Shown here: piece after piece, positions 18,401-26,709 of the stretch
How the letters are laid out: the number at the start of each line of letters is the position of its first letter
Position numbering within the stretch: position 1 is the first letter of the stretch
Assembly: GCA_964519305.1 (NCBI GenBank)
Contig: CAZFHY010000013.1
Coordinates: 1 to 64,000 of the forward strand
Reading direction: 5' to 3'
From: Candidatus Undinarchaeota archaeon
GTDB lineage: Archaea; SpSt-1190; JASMDC01
Length of the DNA: 64,000 nt
Program-made: the position numbers and the translations under genes
The notes under the pieces: model-generated
Database searches by the model: none
What the model was told of the DNA's origin: nothing
What the model saw: only the letters and a program-made list of their open reading frames with translations

Positions 18401-19380
18401 AGGAAACAACGATCATCCTCGCGGTACCGTCAGAGCCAACGAGCACTCCGGATAATACGACCGAGGACGCTCCCGATGGACCTGTCGTGGTGGAGCTCGA
18501 GCCCATCGAGGTCGAGACCCTCCCGGGAGAGGTCATCTACACCCCCATCACCATCAACAACCCCGAGGATGAGTCGATGAACATCACGATCACCATCATG
18601 GAACAGGGAAAGGCCGTGGTGATAAAGGGGAGCGATACAGAGATGATGGCCACGGTCAAGGGAAAGGAGACGGTAAGGTTCATGGTCCCCGTGTCCGCCC
18701 CCGCGTCGTTCTCGGTGAGCATGGAGGCCGTTCCCGCAGTGCCCGTGGAGGGCGAGGACAAGAAGATCAAGTACGTCCTTCCCGTGGGTGTCGTCGTCGA
18801 CAACCAAGACAAGGGTAAGATCGTTTGCGATAAGGGATATGAGTGCGTCTCCGGTACACACTGCAGCTTCCAGCACTGCTGCCCCGTCCGTGACATGCCC
18901 TGGTTCTGGTCATTCACTGCGAACGGATGCTCGGGTGACCTGAGCATGCTCGAGGTCCCCTCGAGGAACGTCAACCTCGCACTGGGGACCGAGATCCTGC
19001 TCCCGATCAGTGTGAAGAACCCCTATTCCCATGAGGTCGATGTAGAGATCAGCGTCAGCGGGGGTGGAAGGGTGATGGTGACGCTGGGCGCCGAGGAGAA
19101 CATCCTTGCCAAGAAGGTCTCGCTGCTGCCCGGGGAGCAGAGAATCGTTCTCGCACGTTTGCTCGGTACAAAAGTGGGGAGGTTCGACCTTGTCATTGAG
19201 ACGCGTTGTGACGAGGCCGGATGCGCTCTCACGGCTCCCGCACAGGTATCCATGCTCGTGACCACGGACGCGGCACTACTCGGAGAACAGGTCGAGATCC
19301 GGACCGCGCCCGGCACGGGTGTGGCAGAGGTAGCGTTCCTCGCCCTCCTCAGCCTCGGGTATCTATACCGCAGGGACTGA
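15421..19380 (+). CDS. Large Cys-rich cell-surface protein with Ig-like domains and a C-terminal anchor
   Basis: Signal peptide, many paired Cys, DRNGNGKQDPGE Ca-binding-like loop, poly-Glu linker, C-terminal APGTG-hydrophobic-RRD resembling PGF-CTERM. Confidence 0.85.
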   Translation: MSCKHRNSRPIAYLIISAIVLASLVVGEPKLMVKITDVESGLRIPQEYTPHPGDVISVKVQGKRELVRDSIITFGRDDFIVRKDADDWGTATFTIPQGATGEFTVFATLMDMEAELVTFPVQNDLGIELVSKPWRTTDACENTELAVRVRDESGNTITGATVWFGEDFELTGLDGIARHQLPTGTANPLLLRAMKAQYGEAQLSVSVGTRRIQNVVVHPQKSDDPRKPWKYGTVCRGGEIMVKINTECFPETELFEVFVEDIFIGFCAPEGSERYSLWEDRNGNGKQDPGEIVQYCNLALPLSVGPGQHGVSVFYKNETVGEGDIVIPEGEDTEYDWRCGEDPDTTTGDLPNECWFFVSSSCVANRCFHSWGRNSGGEVFSTIIRTLADDLPWEPGIQVCPGRPVFTARFGGMDLRCSNGVFRRNRGRAPVYARIMDCPLGGCGEDPLRTPGEIVSMDQTNSICNLYVSGMGWVQGIGMKAELKRKTRSSTCWFGWNHNARDMSVNAPGDPGEYKLFFDAVTRICDNPRVTSGRRYWTCPDCKGENAPASCSQDASCMYRGRWVRKRAWGSDGWQIAAGEPKVFEVIPPRLFILQYPQEPLCPGAAIEPVVYHAMCIDPTTVADLMEWDPESGTSRAIPLGECGAEGAEDPLAGSVVVANLTCQGLTVPEDLDFIGGRTYELALRTTGDTVYQDRRVLQISGKSLSVPSIDSPVCTNDTMRIPFVAQCTLPPSGFFFGEEEAAGDCAPCAEPGVTCRSNCTLIVPDEIDEGWHRFTVTNEASENTTAFVEVWKPGSLNLREIYLTKSKCKKCRILILDVFNPGPGEVPLMGLSDQAERYVVPNLPACKVTADSDNPISVGPGSSANLTFNIKCNVPMKQTISIHFNVTAFYSDKCGCSQLVDGGRQYVDKYCKATDSWDVVITYKGTGAPCKRKDAKDGYCELDDPRTEADEEGVCLPLSGSGDAPCIGSLCGSVTAIETVEEEEEEQVPGEEEETTIILAVPSEPTSTPDNTTEDAPDGPVVVELEPIEVETLPGEVIYTPITINNPEDESMNITITIMEQGKAVVIKGSDTEMMATVKGKETVRFMVPVSAPASFSVSMEAVPAVPVEGEDKKIKYVLPVGVVVDNQDKGKIVCDKGYECVSGTHCSFQHCCPVRDMPWFWSFTANGCSGDLSMLEVPSRNVNLALGTEILLPISVKNPYSHEVDVEISVSGGGRVMVTLGAEENILAKKVSLLPGEQRIVLARLLGTKVGRFDLVIETRCDEAGCALTAPAQVSMLVTTDAALLGEQVEIRTAPGTGVAEVAFLALLSLGYLYRRD

Positions 19381-19395
19381 ATCCCGACAAGCGAC

Positions 19396-21414
19396 CTAGG
19401 AGCGACGTCCGCTAGTGGCAGCTACTGCTACGAGTACCAGGAAGAAAACGCCCGCGAGCAGGAGGGGGAACAAGGTCATACCACTCATGAATTCCGGATA
19501 TCCGTACGTGGAAGATGTGTCTTCCACGGTTTCCAACGGCCTATCGGATGCGGAAGGCGGTGGTTGTAATGGAGCTACCGGGACATCGGTCGCGGCCGGG
19601 GCCGAGGACGTGGGCGTGCCCGAGGGCGGAACGGTCGCCGATTGAGTGGCCGTGGTGGACACCGGGATCACTGCGGTTGCAGAGGGCACGGATCCGTCGA
19701 GCGAGCAGTCACCGTCCTTTGCGGACGAGCAGCCGGGAGGACAAAGTCCGTCCCCCTCCACACCACAGCACGCGCAGGACTCCCCTCCGTTGTCGCCCGA
19801 GGGCACGCACGAGCCCTCCAGACCCCATTTCGTGCACATACTCTCGCAACCGGTCGGTGTGCACACACATCCCCGCTCGGGATCGCAGCCAGCTCCCTTC
19901 CCGGGGGTGCATGTCGACAATGTGCATCCGTCATTCATGCATGCCTGCTCGCCGAAGAAGCACACCCTGCCCACCATGGTCCCCGGCGATGGACATACAT
20001 CCTCATCGACAACGCATCCCTTTGGCGTGCACCGGCTCCTTAGGAAGCAGCTGTCTATGTCGAGGAATGGCTCGAAATCACAGGGTTGACGCACCACGGC
20101 ACAACCGAACGAGGTGCACTCCCCGGGGCCGTACACGCACCATTCACCGTCCATGGTGCCGGAGGGAGGGCACGGTTCACACGAGGGTGGATCACCGACA
20201 TCGAACAGGAGGAACTCGTCGTTGAACTCGCCATCGAGAGCGGCGTTACCGAGTATGAAGAGGGCCTGGTCGAAGGCACCGAAGCAATCCCAGTCCGTTG
20301 TCGCCCCGCAGGCCGACGGATCGCCCTTGTTACCGGAATGGGGCCCATCGCCGAACTTCTCGGCCCACTCGATATACTTCGCCTCACCGGTGAGCTCGAA
20401 CGCCTGTGAGCTAGCTAGCATGTAGAAGCCCTGATCGTTGCCTGCACCGCAGTCGAAGTCGCCCTTGGATGGGCCACAGTCGGTCTGCTGTCCGAACCAC
20501 GAGCCGGACCACAGTGCCTTGTCCATCCACTCCTTGAACGGCTCGTCACCCAGCACGCGGTATGACGCCCCGTAAGAGAGGGCGACCATGGCGTTGATAG
20601 CGCCGCCGCCACAGTCCCAGTCACTATTGGGGCCGCACTCCTCGCATCCCTGCTCAGCGAGGTTTCTGGCATACCCGAGGTAGGTCTTGTTGCCCGTTAT
20701 ATCGGCCAGTGATAGGTAGCTGAGCACCATGAGCGCCTGGTCCTCCCCCTCCACGCAATCCCAGCCCGCACCGGGTCCGCACTGGCACTCGGGGCAGGAG
20801 TAGCTGCCACGAGGGCCGTCAGCGAGCGACTCTGCATAGGACAGGTAGGTGGCGTTGCCCGTGAGACTGTACAGCTTGAGGTATCCCAGGAGCATCATCC
20901 CCTGGTACCGTCCCTCACCACAGTCCCAGTCGGTGTCGGGACCGCACCTCATGGGGTCGCTGGTCGAGTCGCCAGAGGATCCCGCTAGGGCGAGAGCGTG
21001 GAGCGGTATGAACTCCTGGATGTCATCGGAGAGTTCGAACGCTCGGGCGTAGCCGAGCATCAGGTAGCCTTGGGAGTAGCCGTTCTCACAGGACCATCCA
21101 GTCTCGGGTCCGCACTCGGTAGATCCGGTCCGCGCGAGCGAGAGCATGTGCTCGAGATAGATCTCGTCGCCCGTCTCCTCGTACACACGGGCGTATGCGA
21201 GGATCATTGCGCCCTGGTGAGAGCCGATGCTGCAGTCCCAGTCGGAACCGGGGCCGCATGCGTAACCGCTATCCCCCCCCGTGCCCGCATCAGAGAGCGA
21301 GCGCATATGGTCGAGCCTGTCCGCTCGGTCGAACGCTGTCGCGTTCGGTATCGTCGTCAGGATAAAGAGTATGGCAAGAATGTAGGAGAGACGCGTAGGG
21401 GCCGCTCTCATCAT
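19396..21414 (-). CDS. Secreted alpha/alpha-toroid repeat protein with Cys-rich stalk and C-terminal TM
   Basis: Signal peptide, seven CGP..(D)WDC..G..Q...TG...YL repeats, Cys-rich region, S/T/P linker, TM plus RRS. Confidence 0.8.
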   Translation of the reverse strand: MMRAAPTRLSYILAILFILTTIPNATAFDRADRLDHMRSLSDAGTGGDSGYACGPGSDWDCSIGSHQGAMILAYARVYEETGDEIYLEHMLSLARTGSTECGPETGWSCENGYSQGYLMLGYARAFELSDDIQEFIPLHALALAGSSGDSTSDPMRCGPDTDWDCGEGRYQGMMLLGYLKLYSLTGNATYLSYAESLADGPRGSYSCPECQCGPGAGWDCVEGEDQALMVLSYLSLADITGNKTYLGYARNLAEQGCEECGPNSDWDCGGGAINAMVALSYGASYRVLGDEPFKEWMDKALWSGSWFGQQTDCGPSKGDFDCGAGNDQGFYMLASSQAFELTGEAKYIEWAEKFGDGPHSGNKGDPSACGATTDWDCFGAFDQALFILGNAALDGEFNDEFLLFDVGDPPSCEPCPPSGTMDGEWCVYGPGECTSFGCAVVRQPCDFEPFLDIDSCFLRSRCTPKGCVVDEDVCPSPGTMVGRVCFFGEQACMNDGCTLSTCTPGKGAGCDPERGCVCTPTGCESMCTKWGLEGSCVPSGDNGGESCACCGVEGDGLCPPGCSSAKDGDCSLDGSVPSATAVIPVSTTATQSATVPPSGTPTSSAPAATDVPVAPLQPPPSASDRPLETVEDTSSTYGYPEFMSGMTLFPLLLAGVFFLVLVAVAATSGRRS

Positions 21415-21419
21415 CACGC

Positions 21420-23333
21420 TCACTTCCCGCCGGAGAGCCCGCGCACGTCCCCTGCAGAGACGGTGGCACCGGCTGCAGCCTCCCCCTCTCCCCTGAGCCA
21501 CTCCAGGATGTTCTTCATCAGCCTAGTGTGCTCGAAGGGTGCCTCCGAAGAGACGACACGGTAGTCACCGATGCACAGGACCCTGCCCTTCCCGCGCGTG
21601 GTGGCCACCATAATGGGGATGAGCCCTTTCTTCTCGAAATCGTCGTATTTGAGGTTGAGGTTCTGGTCGCCGAAACTCTCCTTGCTGCCGAAGGCCAGCA
21701 CCGTGGCATCGGTGCCCGACAGAGAGCAGCTCCTGAAGATACGCATACGACCGACGCTCTTGAGGATGGGGTGTTTGGCCAGCCCCTCAAGGACGGGCGC
21801 CACCGTTACACGGTAGCCCGTATCGGTCAGTTCGTAATCGCAGACCAGGTCCTTGTTGAACCGTATCCCGAACGCACCTGACAGTGATGTACAAGCACTG
21901 GCGTCACCCGAACCGAGGCCGGAGCCCAGGATAAGAAGGCCCATACCGCGGTACCGGACGCTGTCGATGATCTTCGACACCTCCTCCTCAGAATAGCGCG
22001 AACCGGGGTTGGCAACGACCAGCACGTCGGTCTCCCTCAGGAGGGGCATGATGTCATCCTCCTTCCGGACCTCACACTCAATGTCCTCGGCCGTCGAGAT
22101 GAGCGGTGAGAGCGCGTTCATGAGCTTGGCGTCCTGGCCATGTCCCACGTCGAACGTGATCGCAGTCTGTGCGGTCAGGAGCCCCGAGGTGCTCAGCTCA
22201 CGGGCCAGAGCAAGTGTGAATCCCGCGGAGAGCACGACGAACGTGAGCACGAGAGGGACCAGAGCGAAACCCCGGAACGGGCTCGGGCGTGGTGTCGGCA
22301 CGGCCGATGCGACGGCCTCGACGGTAGCGGCCCCGGAGGGTGTTACCGATGCCCGTCCTAGGTGCTCCACTACCGCCGGTGTCGGCTCGGCGATCGAGGT
22401 CAGATAGTCCATCTCCTGACGGATCATGGTCCGCTGGTTCCCCTGGTCAGTTATGTACACCTTTCCTTCGGAGAGATAAATACCATGGGGCGTGTTCAGC
22501 TCCAGCGGGCCCGAACCGAGCTTACCGGTCCCGTACTGGCCGAGATATCCGCCGTTCTGATCGAACATCTGGACGCGGTGGTTCTCCGAGTCCGCCACAA
22601 GGACCCTTCCGCTCGCCTCGTCGACAAATACGTCCCGGGGCTGGAGCAGCTGCCCGGGATCGCTCCCTGTACCGTTCCCGATGTGCCTGAGGAACAGGCC
22701 CGCACGGTCGAAAACGCTGATCCGGTCGTTGCCCATGTCCACAACGAACACCTCAGCGGTGGTGACATAGAGGCCATAGGGTGAGTCGAGCTCGCCATCA
22801 CCCGCGCCCTTCAGTCCCCCTATCTGGTACTGGTGGGCCCCGGCCGAGTCGAAGACGCTGATCCGGCGGTTGCCTATGTCCGACACGAACACATTACCGT
22901 CCCGCACGAACACGCTCACAGGGAAGCTGAACTGGTCGACCGCGTCGCCCTCGACGCCAGTCCCGATAGTTCCTACGGAATTACCGTTCAAATCTAATAT
23001 GCTCACCCGGTGGTTGGCGGCGTCGGCCACGTAGACACGCTCATCGGTGACGAAGACATCCTCGGGCTCATTGAACTGTGTCGCGAGGCTACCGTTCTGT
23101 CCCGCTCCGATCTGGCCGACGTGGTTACCGTCAAGATCGAACACGCTCACCCGAAAATTGAGACGTTCAGCGACATAGAGCTTTCCGCCACCGACGAATA
23201 CACCGCACGGCTCGTAGAACTCTCCCGGACCATCGCCGATCCGTCCAGTGCTCCCTATCTGCTGGAGCGCGGACGCAAAGAGGAGCGTAAGGGCAAGGGT
23301 GCCTAGGACAATGACTGCGTTCGTCCTCCCCAC
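21420..23333 (-). CDS. NHL-repeat beta-propeller / TM / GATase-like (DUF4350/GIFT-like) fusion protein
   Basis: Six NHL repeats (F..P.DVFV...VYVAD..NHRV), central TM, then FDVGHGQ..DVLVVANP..GKGRVLCIGD. GTG 23333 lies about 25 bp below a TATA at about 23354-23364. Confidence 0.85.
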   Translation of the reverse strand: MGRTNAVIVLGTLALTLLFASALQQIGSTGRIGDGPGEFYEPCGVFVGGGKLYVAERLNFRVSVFDLDGNHVGQIGAGQNGSLATQFNEPEDVFVTDERVYVADAANHRVSILDLNGNSVGTIGTGVEGDAVDQFSFPVSVFVRDGNVFVSDIGNRRISVFDSAGAHQYQIGGLKGAGDGELDSPYGLYVTTAEVFVVDMGNDRISVFDRAGLFLRHIGNGTGSDPGQLLQPRDVFVDEASGRVLVADSENHRVQMFDQNGGYLGQYGTGKLGSGPLELNTPHGIYLSEGKVYITDQGNQRTMIRQEMDYLTSIAEPTPAVVEHLGRASVTPSGAATVEAVASAVPTPRPSPFRGFALVPLVLTFVVLSAGFTLALARELSTSGLLTAQTAITFDVGHGQDAKLMNALSPLISTAEDIECEVRKEDDIMPLLRETDVLVVANPGSRYSEEEVSKIIDSVRYRGMGLLILGSGLGSGDASACTSLSGAFGIRFNKDLVCDYELTDTGYRVTVAPVLEGLAKHPILKSVGRMRIFRSCSLSGTDATVLAFGSKESFGDQNLNLKYDDFEKKGLIPIMVATTRGKGRVLCIGDYRVVSSEAPFEHTRLMKNILEWLRGEGEAAAGATVSAGDVRGLSGGK

Positions 23334-23394
23334 GAAGATTCTATAACGGCGAGATAATAAAAACCTGTGTTCGGGGGAGCGCGTCCGCGAACGA

Positions 23395-24834
23395 TCAGCC
23401 ACAGATCTCGTAGATAGCAGCTGCGTAAATCTCGGCGTTGCGGACAAGCGAGTCGACAGTCACCCGTTCGTTGGGCTGGTGGGCCATCTCCGGTTCGCCG
23501 GGCATGGTGGGCCCGAAGCTAACGGCACGGGGCATGGCCTTGGCATATGTGGTGCCCCCGATGGCGTGGAGGGTCGCCTGCTGACCAGTGACGTCAGTGT
23601 AGGCCTTCTGGAGCGAGACTACAAGCGGATCCGACGGATCCACGTAGAGCGGGTCCAGGGCACGGTCGTCCGAGCGGACTGCTAAGTCGTACCCATCGGC
23701 CGACTGACCGACACGCTCGGGCAGCTCCTCCTTACCGATACCGTAGGGGAACCTGACGTTGATGGTCGCCCTCGCCTCGTCCTGGGTAGCGTACACGATG
23801 CCGAGGTTGGCGGTCGTATCCCCGAGGAAGTCGTGGTGAGCAGCTATACCTATATCGGTGCCATCGGTCTGGTACCCAAGGCGGTCGTTGATGAACCGCA
23901 CCATCTCGGTCGCCGCGCCGTCCGAGGCATCGATCCCGCCCAAGTAAGCAGAAACGTCAACGATTGCGTTGTGGCCGGCTGCCGGTGTGCTCCCGTGGGC
24001 GCTCCTTCCCACGGCCGACACGGTGATCTCGTGGTCGCCACTGGGTGCGACGGTGAGTGCGGCGTCAGGATTGGCCGCGTTGAACGTCTCGGCTGCAGCA
24101 TATAGTTCCTTGTAGGCATCGGCCGGATTGCCGTTGACATGCAGGATGGCCTCTGCCTTGTCGGGCACCATGTTGGAGCGGATGCCACCATCAAGGGTGA
24201 TTATGTCGTATGCGCCCTTGGCGCTACCGCTGTGCGAAGAGGTAAGATGGAGGTCACAGAAGCCCTTCTCCCCGTTGATGATTGGGAAGTCGGCATCCGG
24301 GACGATAGACATGTCGGGCGCACCCTCCTTCTCCAGGTAGTGTGTGATGCCCGTCCACTCGCCGCTCTCCTCGTTGGTGCCGAAGATGACCTTCACGCGC
24401 TTGTTGAGGGTGACCCCAGAGTCCTGGAGGGCCTTGAGAGCGTAGAGCACGGAGATGGCCGGTCCCTTGTCGTCCATGGCGCCGCGGCCCCATACCTCGC
24501 CGTTCACGATCTCGCCACCGAAAGGATCGTGCTCCCAGCCGTCACCAGCAGGGACCACGTCCACATGGAGGAGGACGCCCAGGGTCTCGTCGCCTTGGCC
24601 TACCTCCACGACAGCGGCCTGTCCGTCGAGGTTGCGGTAAGTGAATCCGAACTTGTCCGCCAGCTCCCCTATGTAATCGAGGGCGCCAGCGATACCGGGT
24701 CCGAGCGGGTCCCCGTCCACGGGCTCGTCAGGCCGCACGGAGGGGATCTTGAGGAACTCGCTTGTGTCGTGTGCGATGTCATCCCGGTATCCCTGGATGA
24801 GAGCCCTTGCACGACCGAGCTCCTTGTCTGTCAT
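23395..24834 (-). CDS. pepV: M20 family dipeptidase, PepV-like
   Basis: HVDVVPAG, GRGAMDDKGP, GTNEES, PDADFPIINGEKG, IGGTTYAK, AHQPNE. Confidence 0.92.
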   Translation of the reverse strand: MTDKELGRARALIQGYRDDIAHDTSEFLKIPSVRPDEPVDGDPLGPGIAGALDYIGELADKFGFTYRNLDGQAAVVEVGQGDETLGVLLHVDVVPAGDGWEHDPFGGEIVNGEVWGRGAMDDKGPAISVLYALKALQDSGVTLNKRVKVIFGTNEESGEWTGITHYLEKEGAPDMSIVPDADFPIINGEKGFCDLHLTSSHSGSAKGAYDIITLDGGIRSNMVPDKAEAILHVNGNPADAYKELYAAAETFNAANPDAALTVAPSGDHEITVSAVGRSAHGSTPAAGHNAIVDVSAYLGGIDASDGAATEMVRFINDRLGYQTDGTDIGIAAHHDFLGDTTANLGIVYATQDEARATINVRFPYGIGKEELPERVGQSADGYDLAVRSDDRALDPLYVDPSDPLVVSLQKAYTDVTGQQATLHAIGGTTYAKAMPRAVSFGPTMPGEPEMAHQPNERVTVDSLVRNAEIYAAAIYEICG

Positions 24835-24881
24835 GGCCGGGTTCTGCAGGGTACGGTGTTTATGAATGTTTCGATGGGTTG

Positions 24882-24898
24882 AAAAAGGCCCGAGGGCC
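24882..24898 (-). terminator. Hairpin plus T-tract terminator after the alkD-like gene
   Basis: Minus strand reads GGCC-CTCG-GGCC-TTTTT just after the stop at 24901. Confidence 0.6.
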
Positions 24899-24900
24899 GA

Positions 24901-25596
24901 TTATCGGCTCCGGGCTGTCTTTTCCTGCAGTCGTCGCTGCACCGGTCCGCTGGTCAGCTCACGCAGGGCGTCGCTGGCCACCCAACGCGCGACCTTGGCG
25001 TCCTGGTGCTTGATCCGCTCGGCACACGCGATAGCCTTCGCGTTCAGGGCAAGGTCCCGCTTGCCGATCTGTCGGAGCGCCCAGTTGACTGCCTTCTTAA
25101 CGCCGTTACGTCCGTCCCCGGCCTCCCGCTCGATGATGGGGAGGTACGCTTCGAACACGTCGTCGGACGCTTTCTTATCGCCCACCGCCAGAGTGGCCAT
25201 GAGCGAGAAGCCTGCCCGCTTGACGAACTCCTCCTCCCGAGCGGACCACTCGACGGCCTTGGTATGGCCGTGGGGCGTGTGGCGGAATAGGTTGAGACAG
25301 CACTGGTCGCATAGCTCCCAATCCCGGAACTTAGTGGCCCAAGCGTCCATGAGCCCGGGGCTCACCTGCGTCGGATCGGCGATGATCGAGGCCAGGATCC
25401 GTGTCTCCCGTAGCCCTTCCGACCATAGACGTAATGCGAGGTCATGGTCTCGACCAATTTCCTTCCCCAGTTTCCGAAGGACCGGTACCCTTACACCGAG
25501 CGCCTTCTCAGGATCGATACCGAACCGGGCCATCCCGGCCACGGAGGCGGCGTCCGCGCTAGCGTGTAGCTTCGCGAGCACCTCGTCCGGGCCCAT
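24901..25596 (-). CDS. DNA alkylation repair protein (AlkD-like HEAT-repeat family)
   Basis: LGVRVPVLR, WELCDQ, EFVKRAGF, VKKAVNWALRQIGKR. Confidence 0.9.
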   Translation of the reverse strand: MGPDEVLAKLHASADAASVAGMARFGIDPEKALGVRVPVLRKLGKEIGRDHDLALRLWSEGLRETRILASIIADPTQVSPGLMDAWATKFRDWELCDQCCLNLFRHTPHGHTKAVEWSAREEEFVKRAGFSLMATLAVGDKKASDDVFEAYLPIIEREAGDGRNGVKKAVNWALRQIGKRDLALNAKAIACAERIKHQDAKVARWVASDALRELTSGPVQRRLQEKTARSR

Positions 25597-25660
25597 CTCA
25601 CCCGGTGTCCGGCCAAAGCGATAAAAGGTTTCCCCATCCGTACATCACTGTTGTGATACC

Positions 25661-26251
25661 ATGATCGTGTTCGCTGTTGTCGATGTAATTTCCGGAAGGG
25701 ACGAGGAGGTCTGGACGAGCATGGCCAAACGTCTCAAAGGCCTCAAAGGGGATGTCACGCCCCTTATCATGAACCGTATCTTCGAGCAGGAGGATATCGC
25801 GCTCACCCTACGTGTAGCTGACCCGAAGATGCTCCCTACGTTCCTCGTTGAGAACGTCAGGTCTATCGATGGGGTTCGGGACATCGAAACGTTCTCGCTC
25901 TTCGAGGGGACGTTCTTGGCCGAGAAGGATCGGGTCCATCGGGACTCTGAGGGACTGCACGCTTACGCCTTCATCGCGACCGAGCCGGGGCTGGACAGGG
26001 AAGTCTACGACACGCTCTGCTCTCTCGACGAGCACATGAGCGTGTACCCCCGGTTCGTAGCGTTCACGTTCCATAAGATGAAGTGCACGATCATCCTATC
26101 CCTCAACGCACCGAGCATCGAGACACTGGAGGAGTTCCTCATCGAGAAGGTCCGCAGCATAGAGGGCGTCACGGACACGCAGACGATGATCGGTACACGG
26201 TACCAGTTCCTCGTGGAACCGGGCGAGGTCTACAAGGGCAGGACTACCTAG
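25661..26251 (+). CDS. Tandem Lrp/AsnC ligand-binding (RAM) domain protein without HTH
   Basis: Two repeats ending VRSIDGVRDIET and VRSIEGVTDTQT. Confidence 0.75.
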   Translation: MIVFAVVDVISGRDEEVWTSMAKRLKGLKGDVTPLIMNRIFEQEDIALTLRVADPKMLPTFLVENVRSIDGVRDIETFSLFEGTFLAEKDRVHRDSEGLHAYAFIATEPGLDREVYDTLCSLDEHMSVYPRFVAFTFHKMKCTIILSLNAPSIETLEEFLIEKVRSIEGVTDTQTMIGTRYQFLVEPGEVYKGRTT

Positions 26252-26257
26252 GGTCCC

Positions 26258-26653
26258 TCAGAACAGAGCCACGTTCTTGCGGGTCACTCCCTCCACTGCA
26301 CCTAGAGCGTCCAGCAGGGCTTGGACCGGGATCGAGTCACCCGCCACGACGACCACATGGAGCAGGCCCTTGCGATCTGTACCGGCTTCGATGTGGGAAC
26401 GGACCACCTCATGATGGGTCCTGAGTGTTGTGTGCACGTCCACATCGGGAGCGGCCAGCAGGGTCACGGTACCGCGCACCCTCCCATGAAGTCGCGCTGG
26501 ATCGCACTTCTCCTCCACAAGGAGCCGGAGGGCGTCCCGCACTGCCTGGGAACGGCCCGAGTAACTGCATTCGGTCACCACACGCTCGAGCTGAGCAAGG
26601 AGCTCCTCGTCCAGTGCGAGGCTGATCATCCGCTGCTTGGTACCCGGCGTCAT
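26258..26653 (-). CDS. CopG/NikR-like ribbon-helix-helix regulator
   Basis: ISLALDEELLAQLE..YSGRSQAVRDALR plus an ACT-like C-terminus. Start placed at MTPGTK. Confidence 0.85.
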   Translation of the reverse strand: MTPGTKQRMISLALDEELLAQLERVVTECSYSGRSQAVRDALRLLVEEKCDPARLHGRVRGTVTLLAAPDVDVHTTLRTHHEVVRSHIEAGTDRKGLLHVVVVAGDSIPVQALLDALGAVEGVTRKNVALF

Positions 26654-26709
26654 GGTCACGATCCGCGAGCGGGTAAAGATTATCAAGCTTTAAAACGACA
26701 TCTTAACTG

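Noticed and set aside
19396-21414. Calling the toroid protein a lanthipeptide cyclase of a RiPP cluster
   Set aside because: It is secreted and membrane-anchored, lacks the WCHG/CHG zinc motifs, and has no LanB or precursor peptide nearby.
24866-25624. Long antisense or overlapping ORFs (for example 24866-25624 +, 2280-3101 +, 52601-53569 -, 63125-63868 -)
   Set aside because: They are GC-rich shadow ORFs opposite well-supported genes and have no recognisable motifs.
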